Source: a virus. Taken from it: DNA of 64,000 nucleotides. How positions within the stretch are numbered: the first letter of the stretch is position 1; each line of letters starts with the position of its first letter. This document shows, piece by piece, positions 27,236-36,865 of the stretch. The stretch is taken from positions 64,001 through 128,000 of the IMG/VR virus record IMGVR_UViG_3300005274_000001; one strand, written 5' to 3'. A program made the translations under genes and the position numbers. The notes under the pieces were generated by a model, which saw nothing but the letters and a program-made list of their open reading frames with translations, was not told where the DNA came from and made no database searches.

Positions 27236-28836
27236 AAGGGGTCAGATAAAACATAAACAAAATTTCCAGCAGTAGGAACTTTCATATAGCCATTAGCTTT
27301 CATGATTTCGCTTTCAGATAAATTTTCGTCAAAGAAATTTATTTCGTATTTATTTTCTTTGTAGTAGTCTTTTAACTTATGTTTTTGAAAAAGTTCTCTA
27401 GGATAAAGCTCTCTTCTGTTCTTTGTATAAAAGTATCCAGGTTTTGTTATCCCAATTCTTTTAAATCCAAGTTTCTCGTAAACCTTGCCACTAGAATACA
27501 TAAGGTCAGCATAAGAGATTAAGTTTTTAGGAGAGAAGTGTTTTATTATCTTTCCTAATGCGCCAACAACAAGCGTGTTTTTCTTTGAGGCAAATCTTAT
27601 TAGCTCCCAAGAAAAGTTTTCGTTGTATCTAGGTTTTGCAAAAGAAGCTGCTGCTACGAGTTCATCATCGTAATACAAACCAAAAGCGTACTTAAAGCTT
27701 GCACCTCCAGAGATGTGATTTTCTTCAAAAAATTCGTTTGCAGTAGTGTAGTCAACTTCTTCAATTCTTGTCTTCCTAGCAAAAATTCTTCTTTCAAAAA
27801 GTCCCAGCTTTGCTTTTACTAGCGATTTGACGATATCTAGTTTTTGGTAAATAATAGGTTCGTAGAAGAATAGAACATCAATTCCTTTATCAAGGAATAA
27901 CAATTTTTTCTTTTGCAGATGATTAAAAGGCTTCTTTTCTTCTGAGTGCCAATAAGTTCCGTTAAGCTCTATAGCTAGATTTTTGGCTGGAATAAAAAAG
28001 TCTAATTCTAGTTCATCTCTATAACGAAACTCATAAGGAAAAGAGATGTCTTTTAAAACTTCATTTTCAAAAAATTCTTCAAGCGTGCTTTTCTTTATTC
28101 TGCAACTAGGACAAGAGGTAACGTTGTATTGAATTAGAGAATTCAGGTGATATTCAAAGACATTTCCACAAGAACAAAGAAGAGTAACTTTAGAACGCAT
28201 TTTGTAATCTTTAGGCAAGATTTTTAAGTTGGCGCTAGTTAAAAAGTCTTCTACTTTTTGCTTTACTCCTACTTGCTTTTCAATTCTTCTTTTAATCTTT
28301 TCTTCTTTTTCATCTATTTTTCTTTTCTTCTCCTCCACCAAAAAGGAAAACCTTTCTTTCTTCTTGAGATAGACATCTCTCAGCGTTGAATACTTCAATC
28401 GCCAAATTTCTTGGTTTTTATAAGTAAGAGAAAACTCTAAACTAGACAAATCTAAAACAGCCTCAATTGAGTAATTTTTTTCTGCTTCTTCTACAAGATG
28501 CAAAATTTGCGGCAAATGAATAAAAAACTTCATGCTATTCAAAAATTCAAAAAACGCCTCCTCAAAAGAAATTTCTTCAAAATTTTCTACAAGTCTATAG
28601 TGCCTCTTTGTTTCCAGGTTATAAACTAAGCTCTTTCTAGCCTTATGAGGATGTGTAGCTTTTCTATAGAGAGAAGAATATGGAACAAGAAATTTGTCTT
28701 CTTTATAAAAAACAACTACGCCATCCTTAGAAAATTTTTTCTCAAAATTTTCAACAAAAGAAAGCATTTTGTCAAATCTTTTCTTCGCTTGAAGAACTTT
28801 TTTGTTTTCAATTTGGTCAGGTAGGACAATTCTCAT
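27232..28836 (-). CDS. Hef-like free-standing endonuclease: Zn ribbon + Vsr/DUF559-type nuclease + GNAT/Mom-like C-terminal domain
   Basis: CSCG...CPSC; ELDFFIPAKNLAIELNGTYWH; WELIRFA, LISYAD, GKVYEKLGF. Confidence 0.75.
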   Translation of the reverse strand: MRIVLPDQIENKKVLQAKKRFDKMLSFVENFEKKFSKDGVVVFYKEDKFLVPYSSLYRKATHPHKARKSLVYNLETKRHYRLVENFEEISFEEAFFEFLNSMKFFIHLPQILHLVEEAEKNYSIEAVLDLSSLEFSLTYKNQEIWRLKYSTLRDVYLKKKERFSFLVEEKKRKIDEKEEKIKRRIEKQVGVKQKVEDFLTSANLKILPKDYKMRSKVTLLCSCGNVFEYHLNSLIQYNVTSCPSCRIKKSTLEEFFENEVLKDISFPYEFRYRDELELDFFIPAKNLAIELNGTYWHSEEKKPFNHLQKKKLLFLDKGIDVLFFYEPIIYQKLDIVKSLVKAKLGLFERRIFARKTRIEEVDYTTANEFFEENHISGGASFKYAFGLYYDDELVAAASFAKPRYNENFSWELIRFASKKNTLVVGALGKIIKHFSPKNLISYADLMYSSGKVYEKLGFKRIGITKPGYFYTKNRRELYPRELFQKHKLKDYYKENKYEINFFDENLSESEIMKANGYMKVPTAGNFVYVLSDPL

Positions 28837-28861
28837 GGCACTAGTATAACAAAAAAAATTT

Positions 28862-28938
28862 TGGTGGGGCGTGTAGGACTCGAACCTACAACCTACCGGT
28901 TATGAGCCGGCTGCTCTCACCAGTTGAGCTAACGCCCC
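28862..28938 (-). tRNA. tRNA with CAT anticodon (probably Ile2/lysidine; otherwise elongator Met)
   Basis: GGGGCGT...GCCGG-CTCATAA-CCGGT...GTAGG-TTCGAGT-CCTAC-ACGCCCC-ACCA cloverleaf with encoded CCA. Confidence 0.95.
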
Positions 28939-28950
28939 ACGATTATTATT

Positions 28951-29027
28951 TGGCGAGGGGTGCAGGACTCGAACCTGCAACCTAGGGCTTAGAAGGCCCT
29001 TGCTCTGTCCTGTTGAGCTAACCCCTC
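28951..29027 (-). tRNA. tRNA-Arg (TCT)
   Basis: Cloverleaf, AGGGC-CTTCTAA-GCCCT anticodon arm, A20 Arg determinant, encoded CCA. Confidence 0.95.
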
Positions 29028-29039
29028 AAACACAAGTCT

Positions 29040-29068
29040 AGTATAGCACACCTTCACAAGTCTGTCAA
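29040..29068 (-). promoter_or_regulatory. Promoter of the tRNA pair
   Basis: TTGACA-N17-TATACT with TG extension; the -35 overlaps the TGA of the upstream gene. Confidence 0.8.
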
Positions 29069-29616
29069 GCCTGTGTGTCAGGCTCTAAGACTACCTCTTC
29101 AACAATTTCGCCCAATAAAACTTCATAAAATTTAGAGAATTCCTTATAACCGGGCGCACGAACTTTTAGTGTCATTCCTAGTCTAGCAATGTCTTCAATT
29201 ACAATAACTTCGCCCTCTTGAATGTTGTATTCAACAAGATTTTCACCTTCTTGTCTTTGCATTGAGCACCTAGCGAAAACAGGATTACCTTGTTGATCTT
29301 TAATGATTAGCGTCAGTTTAAAATTAGTCTTTATTTGTCCACCAAGAACGCCATAGATACCAGCCTCTAGCATCTTACCTATAGTACAAGTATCAACACC
29401 AAGGTCTTCTTTTGTGAGCTGCATTAAAACAAAAACAGGTTCTCCTTCTATGACTACATTACCCGTTTCTAATGTATACCACTTACCTTCTTTATAAAAA
29501 CCGTCAGCGTATTCAATTATTACTCTTAAAGATTCTGTTGCAAAATCTCTTTCTATGTGAAAGCTTTTGTGTCTTCTCTCTATTTTTGTTTGAACCTCTC
29601 CTATCTCTAAAGGCAT
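29065..29616 (-). CDS. Hypothetical protein with possible C-terminal beta-sandwich (PEGA/carboxypeptidase-regulatory-like)
   Basis: IIKDQQGNPV...VRAPGY pattern; leaderless TAAAAT-N6-ATG. Confidence 0.6.
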   Translation of the reverse strand: MPLEIGEVQTKIERRHKSFHIERDFATESLRVIIEYADGFYKEGKWYTLETGNVVIEGEPVFVLMQLTKEDLGVDTCTIGKMLEAGIYGVLGGQIKTNFKLTLIIKDQQGNPVFARCSMQRQEGENLVEYNIQEGEVIVIEDIARLGMTLKVRAPGYKEFSKFYEVLLGEIVEEVVLEPDTQA

Positions 29617-29659
29617 AATTATATTTTACAACAAAACCTTTTTGTGGTATGATGTGTGT

Positions 29660-29833
29660 ATGGAAATTTACTACAAGCTAAAAGGTAAATTTGATTTTGG
29701 GTATTTTATTAAGATTAAGTTTGATGCAAAAAATTTGTTTTTTGTTAGCGCAACAAATCTTGAAGAAAAATTTTGCGAAATAAAAAACACTCTACTTCTT
29801 GATAATATTCAAATTTCTTATAAACTCCTCTAA
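29660..29833 (+). CDS. Possible small leaderless protein (57 aa)
   Basis: TG-G-TATGAT-N6-ATG at 29660; overlaps the end of the next gene by 42 bp. Confidence 0.45.
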   Translation: MEIYYKLKGKFDFGYFIKIKFDAKNLFFVSATNLEEKFCEIKNTLLLDNIQISYKLL

Positions 29834-32800
29834 AGGAACTGAAGAAATACTTCCTTCTACAATAATCACATGTGTTCCTCTAACTCCAGAAGATGTTTGT
29901 AAAGAAGGTGTTGTAGTAGTAGTAGACGAAGCAATAGAAACACTAGAAGAAGTAGTAGTTGAAGGAATGTTTTCAATATTTCTTCTCATTTCATCAATGA
30001 TTCTCTTTGATTCGGGGCTTAGATTGAGATACTTGTAAAGAAAATCAGTTCCTCCTTCTATAGCTTCAGATGTTAGATTTATTATTCCTTTTCCTAGGGG
30101 CTCACTAAGTTTTAGTGTGATTGCAGCTAGAGTAGTGATGTTTTTATTTAGACTTACGACTGCTTGAGAGTTTTCTTTAAAAGTGTCAATAAGAAGTTGG
30201 AAAGAAGAATTTAATACATCTAATTGCTTAGCGAAAACTTCATCTGGTGTCTTTGTAGTTGGCATTCCTTTTCCTAGCTCTGTTTCTACAATCCTTCTAG
30301 CTCTTGTAATATCACCAGTAATAGAAGCTGCGATTAGTGTTCTAAACACTTCTGGAGAAATGTTAGTAAGACCTAAGACTTGCTGCATTATAGGAATTAA
30401 AAAATTCTCTGCTTGCGCTGTAAATCTTCCTCCAGTAAACTGACTAACTAATCCAGTTTCTATAGAAAGTCTTCTTAAAACTTGAATTAAGTTTTCAGGA
30501 GTAGCACCTCTTTGTAAATCTAAAGGCGTTAAGCCTGCACGAATACCAATTCCTAAAGCTATAGGATTTCCACTTAAGCCGCTTCTAATAAATTCGTTAA
30601 AAGTAGAAACAGCTTGTTGAACTATTTCAGGATTTCTTTCAGCTAATCTAGCGATTTGATAATTTGAAAAATTGCGCAAAACAGTTTGCGCTGCTAAGAA
30701 AGTATTAAAGTAATCATAAGGATTCAATCCTTGTCTAATAGCAATTGAAGTAGAAGCGTTAATCAAAGCTTCACTAAAAGCTTTAGTAAACGCTGAATAC
30801 TCACTTCCTACTAAGAAAGCTCCTCTTATTGCTCTTCTTTCATCTATTAACGCTCTTCTAGAAGTAGCTACAAGATTAACAGCCTCAGCTATAGATGTGC
30901 CAAATAAGTTTGCTACTCTAGCGCTATTTAATAAAGCAGAAGAAAAATTATCTACACTTCTACTTAATCCGCCGATAGATGCAAATAATCTAGCTGATGT
31001 ACCTAGATATTCTTCAGGTGAAAATCCTTGATTTACAGGAAATACTCTTCCTCCAAAAGTAAATTGTCTAGAAACACTAGCTACATCTCCTCCTAACTGC
31101 TCACGAATTTGCTGAGGAAGAAGTCTTATTTGTGTAAAGCGACTATAAAAAGTATCATAAGCTTTATTTACGCTCTGCAAATAGAAATCAGTAAGAAACG
31201 CTGCTGAACCTGCTAGAACACCTGCGCCTACACTAGCTGCTGATGTAGCTATGTTTCTTCCTACTATATTGTTAGCAGATAAAGAAGCTGCTATACCTAG
31301 TGAACCTACTGAAGTTGCTGCTAAGTTTGTAGCAATAGAAAATTGATTTAGATTTTTTGAGGCTTCAAAAATATATTGTTTAACTTCTTCTCTTTCTCTA
31401 GGAGGAAAAAGTCTATCTAAAAGTAAATTAGTTCCTACACCTGCTGCTACGCCAAGTATAGGATTAAAAATTCCTGCGATAGCGCTTACTGCGAAAGATG
31501 CACCTGTTTTTAAGATATTTTCAATAGTAAAAGTTCTTCTTAATCCTTCACCTAAATCTCCAGCTTCTAAAGTATTTAGAACAGCGTCTAAGCCTATGCC
31601 AAATAAAGCACCTGTTGCACCTACTCTTAAACCTCTAGAAAGGTTTGTAGGAGTTCTACTAGTAGTAGGTCTATTCGTAGGAACAGGTGTAGGAGTCCTG
31701 TTAGTAGGAGGAGGTGTTGTTGTAGGAATTCTATTTAGAGGAGGAAAGTTTCTAGCTAACAAATTATCTACTGCGTTAAATACATTTGTGCCTATTAGGA
31801 AACCTTGTCTAAGTGAAGAAGCAAATATATCTACAAAAGGATTTCTTGTTGTTGAAAAAATGTAATCGAATTCTCTAAATGAGAAATTTTTTAATGCGCT
31901 AAAAAGTTCTCTTAGTTCTTTGTTTGCTTCGTTTCTTATCTTTAATTCTTCTGCGTATAGTTGTGTTAGAGATTTGAGGTAGTTAAATCTTTCTTCTTGA
32001 AGTCTTGCTACTTCTTCTGGTGATTGAGCTTTTTGTAGGTTTTCATTTACTCTATTTAATTGCGCAATAAAGTTTGACCTAGCTATGTTTATAGCGTTTA
32101 GTGATTCGTTATAGAATTCGCTTAGAGTTCTAGATAAAAATACTTCTCTTTCGCTTCTAAAAATTCTTTCAGATAAAGGAAGTTGATTTCTGGTTGTTTT
32201 TGCGAGTTCAAAAAGACTTCTAAATTCTGAAAAAGCTTTTTGTGCACCAGTTTGTCTTAGGTCAAAATAATTAGAAAGAAAATCTCTATCTAAATCACCT
32301 GAAGCTTCTAGATAGTATACAGTTATAGGAAACTTTTCAATCGCTCTTCTATAAAATGCACCTAAAGCGATATCTTGTAGTGTTTTATCTTGCGCTCTTA
32401 AGTCTTGAAGTTTTAAATCAGCTATAAATTTTTCTATTGCGCTTCTAAATTCTTTTAGGTTTAATGAAGCTATACTTAGTGCTTTAGGAAGTTGTTGTGA
32501 TAATTCTTCAACAAAGTTTCTTCCTGTAGCTTGAGATAAAAGATTTAAGTTTTCTATCTGTTGTCTTATTGAAGAAATAAAGTTTTGTAGTTCACCTAAA
32601 TCTCTAGCATAAGGTACTGATAGACCTCTCGCTCTTCTAGCTGAAGAAACGCTGTATTCTAATTGTTGTAGAGTTTCAATTAGCTGTTGTGTGTTTCTAG
32701 CTGTAGCTCTTATTGTTGCTGATAAAATTTGCGAAAATGTTCCTGTTTCTGAGCCTAGAAGTTCTTCTATTGAACCTCTAGACTTTATTAGGTTTCTTAG

Positions 32801-32845
32801 CTCACCTAAGATTTCTTTTGTGCTTTCATCTCTGTCTTCAGGCAT
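29792..32845 (-). CDS. Large helical virion protein, possible tape-measure-like
   Basis: 1017 aa, coiled-coil N-half, P/T linker, Ala/Gly-rich hydrophobic segments; function inferred from composition only. Confidence 0.5.
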   Translation of the reverse strand: MPEDRDESTKEILGELRNLIKSRGSIEELLGSETGTFSQILSATIRATARNTQQLIETLQQLEYSVSSARRARGLSVPYARDLGELQNFISSIRQQIENLNLLSQATGRNFVEELSQQLPKALSIASLNLKEFRSAIEKFIADLKLQDLRAQDKTLQDIALGAFYRRAIEKFPITVYYLEASGDLDRDFLSNYFDLRQTGAQKAFSEFRSLFELAKTTRNQLPLSERIFRSEREVFLSRTLSEFYNESLNAINIARSNFIAQLNRVNENLQKAQSPEEVARLQEERFNYLKSLTQLYAEELKIRNEANKELRELFSALKNFSFREFDYIFSTTRNPFVDIFASSLRQGFLIGTNVFNAVDNLLARNFPPLNRIPTTTPPPTNRTPTPVPTNRPTTSRTPTNLSRGLRVGATGALFGIGLDAVLNTLEAGDLGEGLRRTFTIENILKTGASFAVSAIAGIFNPILGVAAGVGTNLLLDRLFPPREREEVKQYIFEASKNLNQFSIATNLAATSVGSLGIAASLSANNIVGRNIATSAASVGAGVLAGSAAFLTDFYLQSVNKAYDTFYSRFTQIRLLPQQIREQLGGDVASVSRQFTFGGRVFPVNQGFSPEEYLGTSARLFASIGGLSRSVDNFSSALLNSARVANLFGTSIAEAVNLVATSRRALIDERRAIRGAFLVGSEYSAFTKAFSEALINASTSIAIRQGLNPYDYFNTFLAAQTVLRNFSNYQIARLAERNPEIVQQAVSTFNEFIRSGLSGNPIALGIGIRAGLTPLDLQRGATPENLIQVLRRLSIETGLVSQFTGGRFTAQAENFLIPIMQQVLGLTNISPEVFRTLIAASITGDITRARRIVETELGKGMPTTKTPDEVFAKQLDVLNSSFQLLIDTFKENSQAVVSLNKNITTLAAITLKLSEPLGKGIINLTSEAIEGGTDFLYKYLNLSPESKRIIDEMRRNIENIPSTTTSSSVSIASSTTTTTPSLQTSSGVRGTHVIIVEGSISSVPLEEFIRNLNIIKK

Positions 32846-32861
32846 ATTCTTCTTCTTTTTA

Positions 32862-33386
32862 TTATGCTAGATAAGCTTTGATATTTAGTATTATTGGCAA
32901 ATTAAATACTCTTTCTATTGCGCCAACTAAACTTACTTTTATTGCAAAAGGATAGAAGTCTTGATAATACAAAGTTTCTCTTATTTCTATTGCGTTTCCT
33001 TTAAACGCTATGAAGTCTTCTATGTTTTTTCCTTGAAACTCTAATATTTCTCCATAAGGCGTATAAGATAAATGTGTTTTATTTTTGCCAAAAAAGCTTG
33101 TAATAACAACTTCTGATTTGATGTTTTTTAGCAGGTATAAATCAAATTTGTCTTGGTGAAATTTGTAATCAATATATTGGCTTATTTTAATTTTGTACAC
33201 ATAAAATTCGCTTTCTAATTCGTTGACAAAATAGAAAAATCTATATTGAAAATTTCCCAAAATTGAATCCAATTCGTTGAAAGTAAAAGTTAGTTTGTAG
33301 GTTTCTTCTGCTAGGTAGCCGCCTAGCGAATTTTTTCTTTCTGAGTTTCTTATCTTTAGTGGGAAAATAAGATTGCTTGAAAACAT
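32862..33386 (-). CDS. Hypothetical protein
   Basis: 174-aa ORF with TAAAAT upstream. Confidence 0.75.
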   Translation of the reverse strand: MFSSNLIFPLKIRNSERKNSLGGYLAEETYKLTFTFNELDSILGNFQYRFFYFVNELESEFYVYKIKISQYIDYKFHQDKFDLYLLKNIKSEVVITSFFGKNKTHLSYTPYGEILEFQGKNIEDFIAFKGNAIEIRETLYYQDFYPFAIKVSLVGAIERVFNLPIILNIKAYLA

Positions 33387-33400
33387 AATCTTTTATTTTA

Positions 33401-34441
33401 TTATTGCACAGAGAAACAAATTTGCATTGGCGTTGAGCTTCTTTTAGTGTTAAAGCTAGGACACAAGCTTTGTGTTACTGGACTATATACCTTATTTTGA
33501 CCAAAACTCTTTAGAAAATTTAGAGGCTCAATGTAACCATAATACTTTGCGTAAGAGCCTCCATAAAAGATTTCATCTGAGGTAGCTTGAGTATATGGAT
33601 TATTTTTTCCGAAAAAATTCCAGGGCTCACTTGGATCCATGAAGGAGGATATGTAATACTTATAGTCTATGCAGTATTGCGTTAAGGATGTTGTGTTTTT
33701 TAGTGTGTCGTACAGAATTGCTGCTATATAAGCTAAATTTAGTCCTTTATCTTTGTACATGTTTCTTGGATAGTTTTTGGGAAAATTTGAGTAAATATTT
33801 TTTAGCGTGGTTTCAAAGTGAAGGTGAGATGTACTATTGCATTTGTATTCTCCTATTGAAGCTATTCTTTCTCCCGCCTTGACTTTTTTTCCAATGCTTA
33901 CTTCTGGAACGACATGACCATAAAGCGCATAAAAAATTTTATTTTGACATCTATGTTCTATTGCTACAAAACCAGAACAATCACAAGATGCGCTACAAAA
34001 TTGTCTACTAGCGTTGATTACAACGCCATCGGTTACTGCATATACAGGAAGTCCTAAATCTTGATTTCCTGAACCATAATTTATATCAACGCCTGGATGA
34101 AATGAAATGTATTTAAAATTTGACTTGTCAATCAACTTTGCTCTATCTGATAAAATCTTCCCTCTAGAGAAGTTTAGTTTTTGTGGATTTGTGTTGACTA
34201 TGAATTCCAAAAGAAGAATTCTATTTTTTATAGAGGCCAAATCTTGTGGTAAATTTGGATAATTCTGTTTAAAGGAAGAATAGTTCAATTCATAAGATTG
34301 TATTAAAGAAGTTATGTCAAACAAAATTTTTTGTTCTTGTTGCGTAAAAAATTTTTGATTAGGGTAAGGTTCGCCATAGTTTGTAGTTATGGTTATTGGC
34401 GATAAAGAACAATTTATTGGAAAATAAACTCTTTGCTCCAT
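33401..34441 (-). CDS. M23-family metallopeptidase (peptidoglycan hydrolase)
   Basis: HPGVD, PVYAVTDGVV, YGHV, GKKVKAGERI, HLHFE. Confidence 0.9.
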   Translation of the reverse strand: MEQRVYFPINCSLSPITITTNYGEPYPNQKFFTQQEQKILFDITSLIQSYELNYSSFKQNYPNLPQDLASIKNRILLLEFIVNTNPQKLNFSRGKILSDRAKLIDKSNFKYISFHPGVDINYGSGNQDLGLPVYAVTDGVVINASRQFCSASCDCSGFVAIEHRCQNKIFYALYGHVVPEVSIGKKVKAGERIASIGEYKCNSTSHLHFETTLKNIYSNFPKNYPRNMYKDKGLNLAYIAAILYDTLKNTTSLTQYCIDYKYYISSFMDPSEPWNFFGKNNPYTQATSDEIFYGGSYAKYYGYIEPLNFLKSFGQNKVYSPVTQSLCPSFNTKRSSTPMQICFSVQ

Positions 34442-34445
34442 AGCT

Positions 34446-35396
34446 TTACCAAGCAGTCATTACTGGTCTGTAATAAGGAGATAGTAGTTCTCTTAATCTT
34501 TCTTTGTATTCGTTATATAGATTTTCATAAAGAAGGCCATTGTTACCAAAGGAAGCATTGAAGCCTTCTATGCCAAAAGATCTAAGTCCTGCTGTTAAAT
34601 TTGCAGATATAGCTAATATGAATTGCATTGCAGTTCTTATTGCTACTGCTTCTAGCAAATCATAGGGCGGATCTGTGTAACCAAATTCGTAATCAATTAC
34701 TATAACTTGAGGAATTCTAGGTGCAATTGGACCATATTGCGAACCCCAAAGTGGGTCTTGAGAAGTTGTTTGCGATAGAATTCTAGCCATTACAGCAGGA
34801 AATATGTGTATTTCTCCGGTTCTGTAGAAGTAGAATTCATTTGGTTTATACAACCTAAAGAATAAATTTTTTCCTTCGTACCCTGGAGGAGCTGTAAACG
34901 CTAAGGCTAGAGAGTAAACAGTTATTATTGGAGCGTAATAGGTAATGATTAGTGGTGTTCCTTTTCCGTCTTGTCTTTCGGCATCGCCAATTTTATTTGG
35001 AGCAACACGAATGTTTGAAACCCATTGGTTTAATTGGTCATTTGTTAAGAGATCAAAAGGCAGAGATCCAGGAACATAAAAACTAGGATTATTTCCATAA
35101 AGATTTTTTTGCGCCGCCGTTAAATCTTCCCACTTGGGAAACTGATAAAAGTTTTCATTTATAGCATCCTTGTATTTGGCCCTGTTTTCGTAAGCTTCTC
35201 TAGGTGTTTTTGGAAGATTAGTAAATCTAGCTGGTGTTAGAGAAGTTCTCAATCTGTTTTCTATATATTGTGCAGACCTTTCTATCTCTCTTTCTAAATA
35301 TTGTTGAACTTCAGGTGTAATTTCGGGCATTAAAACGCCCTCTACCTTGTCTAAAAGTATTTGAAATATGTCTTGTTTTACTTTTTCTGTAAGCAT
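34446..35396 (-). CDS. Probable head-tail adaptor / neck protein
   Basis: YIENRL and IDYEFGY..PYDLLEAV patterns, C-terminal LSPYYR. Confidence 0.5.
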   Translation of the reverse strand: MLTEKVKQDIFQILLDKVEGVLMPEITPEVQQYLEREIERSAQYIENRLRTSLTPARFTNLPKTPREAYENRAKYKDAINENFYQFPKWEDLTAAQKNLYGNNPSFYVPGSLPFDLLTNDQLNQWVSNIRVAPNKIGDAERQDGKGTPLIITYYAPIITVYSLALAFTAPPGYEGKNLFFRLYKPNEFYFYRTGEIHIFPAVMARILSQTTSQDPLWGSQYGPIAPRIPQVIVIDYEFGYTDPPYDLLEAVAIRTAMQFILAISANLTAGLRSFGIEGFNASFGNNGLLYENLYNEYKERLRELLSPYYRPVMTAW

Positions 35397-35400
35397 AATT

Positions 35401-35661
35401 CTATATTAGAGTGTACAGGTGATAGATGATAGCTAATAATCCCAAAACCATTAATAGCGCCAAAATGTGCGCAACCCAAGGTTTTGTTTTAGATTTCCTA
35501 TAAAACCTTTCAGAAAGCGTGATTCCAGTTAGCCTTATAGAAATGTATTCTCCTACTCCTAAAGCTATGAGAACCAGAAGAGTGAAAATTGCCCACTCTT
35601 TTAATCCTGCCAAATAAAATGCCGTAGCCCAAACCATGAATGTTCCTAGTACTATTAGCAT
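35401..35661 (-). CDS. Small membrane protein (about 3 TM), holin-like candidate
   Basis: 86 aa, hydrophobic; heads the operon that includes the M23 gene; leaderless TAAAAT-N6-ATG. Confidence 0.55.
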   Translation of the reverse strand: MLIVLGTFMVWATAFYLAGLKEWAIFTLLVLIALGVGEYISIRLTGITLSERFYRKSKTKPWVAHILALLMVLGLLAIIYHLYTLI

Positions 35662-35717
35662 AATTTCATTTTATCTAGCAATCTTTGTTTTTTCACTTTT
35701 TGTTTTACAATATAAGT

Positions 35718-35903
35718 GTGCAGACACTTAAAACATGGTATCAAAATAAGATGTCAGTTTATAGAGAAACCAACAAAACAATTAAAGATATACAAAATTT
35801 AAGAACCTTTTATTATTTAATGAAAGCTGAATACGGAGAATATGCCATGAAAGATTGGAACACTTTATTTAGGAAATTTTTAAAGGATCAAGGACTTTTG
35901 TGA
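35718..35903 (+). CDS. Small hypothetical protein, leaderless GTG
   Basis: TACAAT-N6-GTG at 35718. Confidence 0.55.
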   Translation: MQTLKTWYQNKMSVYRETNKTIKDIQNLRTFYYLMKAEYGEYAMKDWNTLFRKFLKDQGLL

Positions 35904-36349
35904 TAGAATTAAAAAGGGGAAGATTTATGAAAAAGGTAAAGGTAAGATTTAGGCCAAGAACAAGCTTAAGGGTTGCTTACAAGGGCATGGTTTATAGATT
36001 GGTTACTGAAGGAGAAGAGCAATTTGTTGAACTGCCAATGAGAAATATGGGAGAAAAAGAAGCTGCTGAACTTTTGGAACACCTAAAGAAAATTGGAATT
36101 TTGTCCAGCTACGAAACAAAAGTTGTTGAAGATACTGTAGCAGTCCAACCACAAAAAGAAAGCCCAGAAGAACCTCAAAAGGAAGATACTCCTACATCTC
36201 AGGTTAGCACAGAAGAAAATAGCGCTAAAGAAGAAGCGGTAAAAGAAACAGTAAAAGAAGATGAACCTGAAAAAGAAACAAAAGATAGTTCTCAAAAGTC
36301 TGAAACCTCGCAAAGCACTAAAAAGAGGAGGAGCAGAAAAACAAATTAG
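35900..36349 (+). CDS. Hypothetical protein with acidic low-complexity tail and basic end
   Basis: ORF; true start may be 35927. Confidence 0.75.
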   Translation: MIELKRGRFMKKVKVRFRPRTSLRVAYKGMVYRLVTEGEEQFVELPMRNMGEKEAAELLEHLKKIGILSSYETKVVEDTVAVQPQKESPEEPQKEDTPTSQVSTEENSAKEEAVKETVKEDEPEKETKDSSQKSETSQSTKKRRSRKTN

Positions 36350-36358
36350 TGGACTATC

Positions 36359-36847
36359 ATGATTCAAATAAGTCTTTCGCAAGCAAACCCATTAACTACA
36401 ACATTATCTGGTCATATCTTTGATACTAACAATGTTAATTATTATGATATCGGCGTAGTGAAGGAAGAGGTTTCTGGACAAACAAAAATTTTTCTTAGTA
36501 GAGAAACTTTGCAAAGTGTTACAACTCCCAAATTTCTTTTTTTCAAAATTAGCGCAAATAGTTTTTTAACACATTCAGATTTTTGTTCATCTTATTCTTC
36601 TGACATTTGTTCTGGATTTACTATTAACTACCTTTATGGTGGTGAATATATATCACTTATCTTTATAAAGGGGAACATTTTAAATATTGTAAAGTTTCTG
36701 TTTGATTTGAATCACCCAGCGTTTACAATTAACTCAACATTTAGTGAAAATTATATAAACGCAAAACTAGCGTTTGAAGAAGGAGCGCTTAGATTAAGAA
36801 CAGAAAATGTTGATACAGGCAGTCCTTACAAAAAATATTGTTTTTGA
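36359..36847 (+). CDS. Hypothetical protein (virion module)
   Basis: 162-aa ORF. Confidence 0.75.
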   Translation: MIQISLSQANPLTTTLSGHIFDTNNVNYYDIGVVKEEVSGQTKIFLSRETLQSVTTPKFLFFKISANSFLTHSDFCSSYSSDICSGFTINYLYGGEYISLIFIKGNILNIVKFLFDLNHPAFTINSTFSENYINAKLAFEEGALRLRTENVDTGSPYKKYCF

Positions 36848-36865
36848 AAACTTAAAATAAAAGCG

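Noticed and set aside
28862-28938. Initiator tRNA-fMet linked to leaderless translation
   Set aside because: Has a paired 1-72 position and lacks the three consecutive G-C pairs in the anticodon stem.
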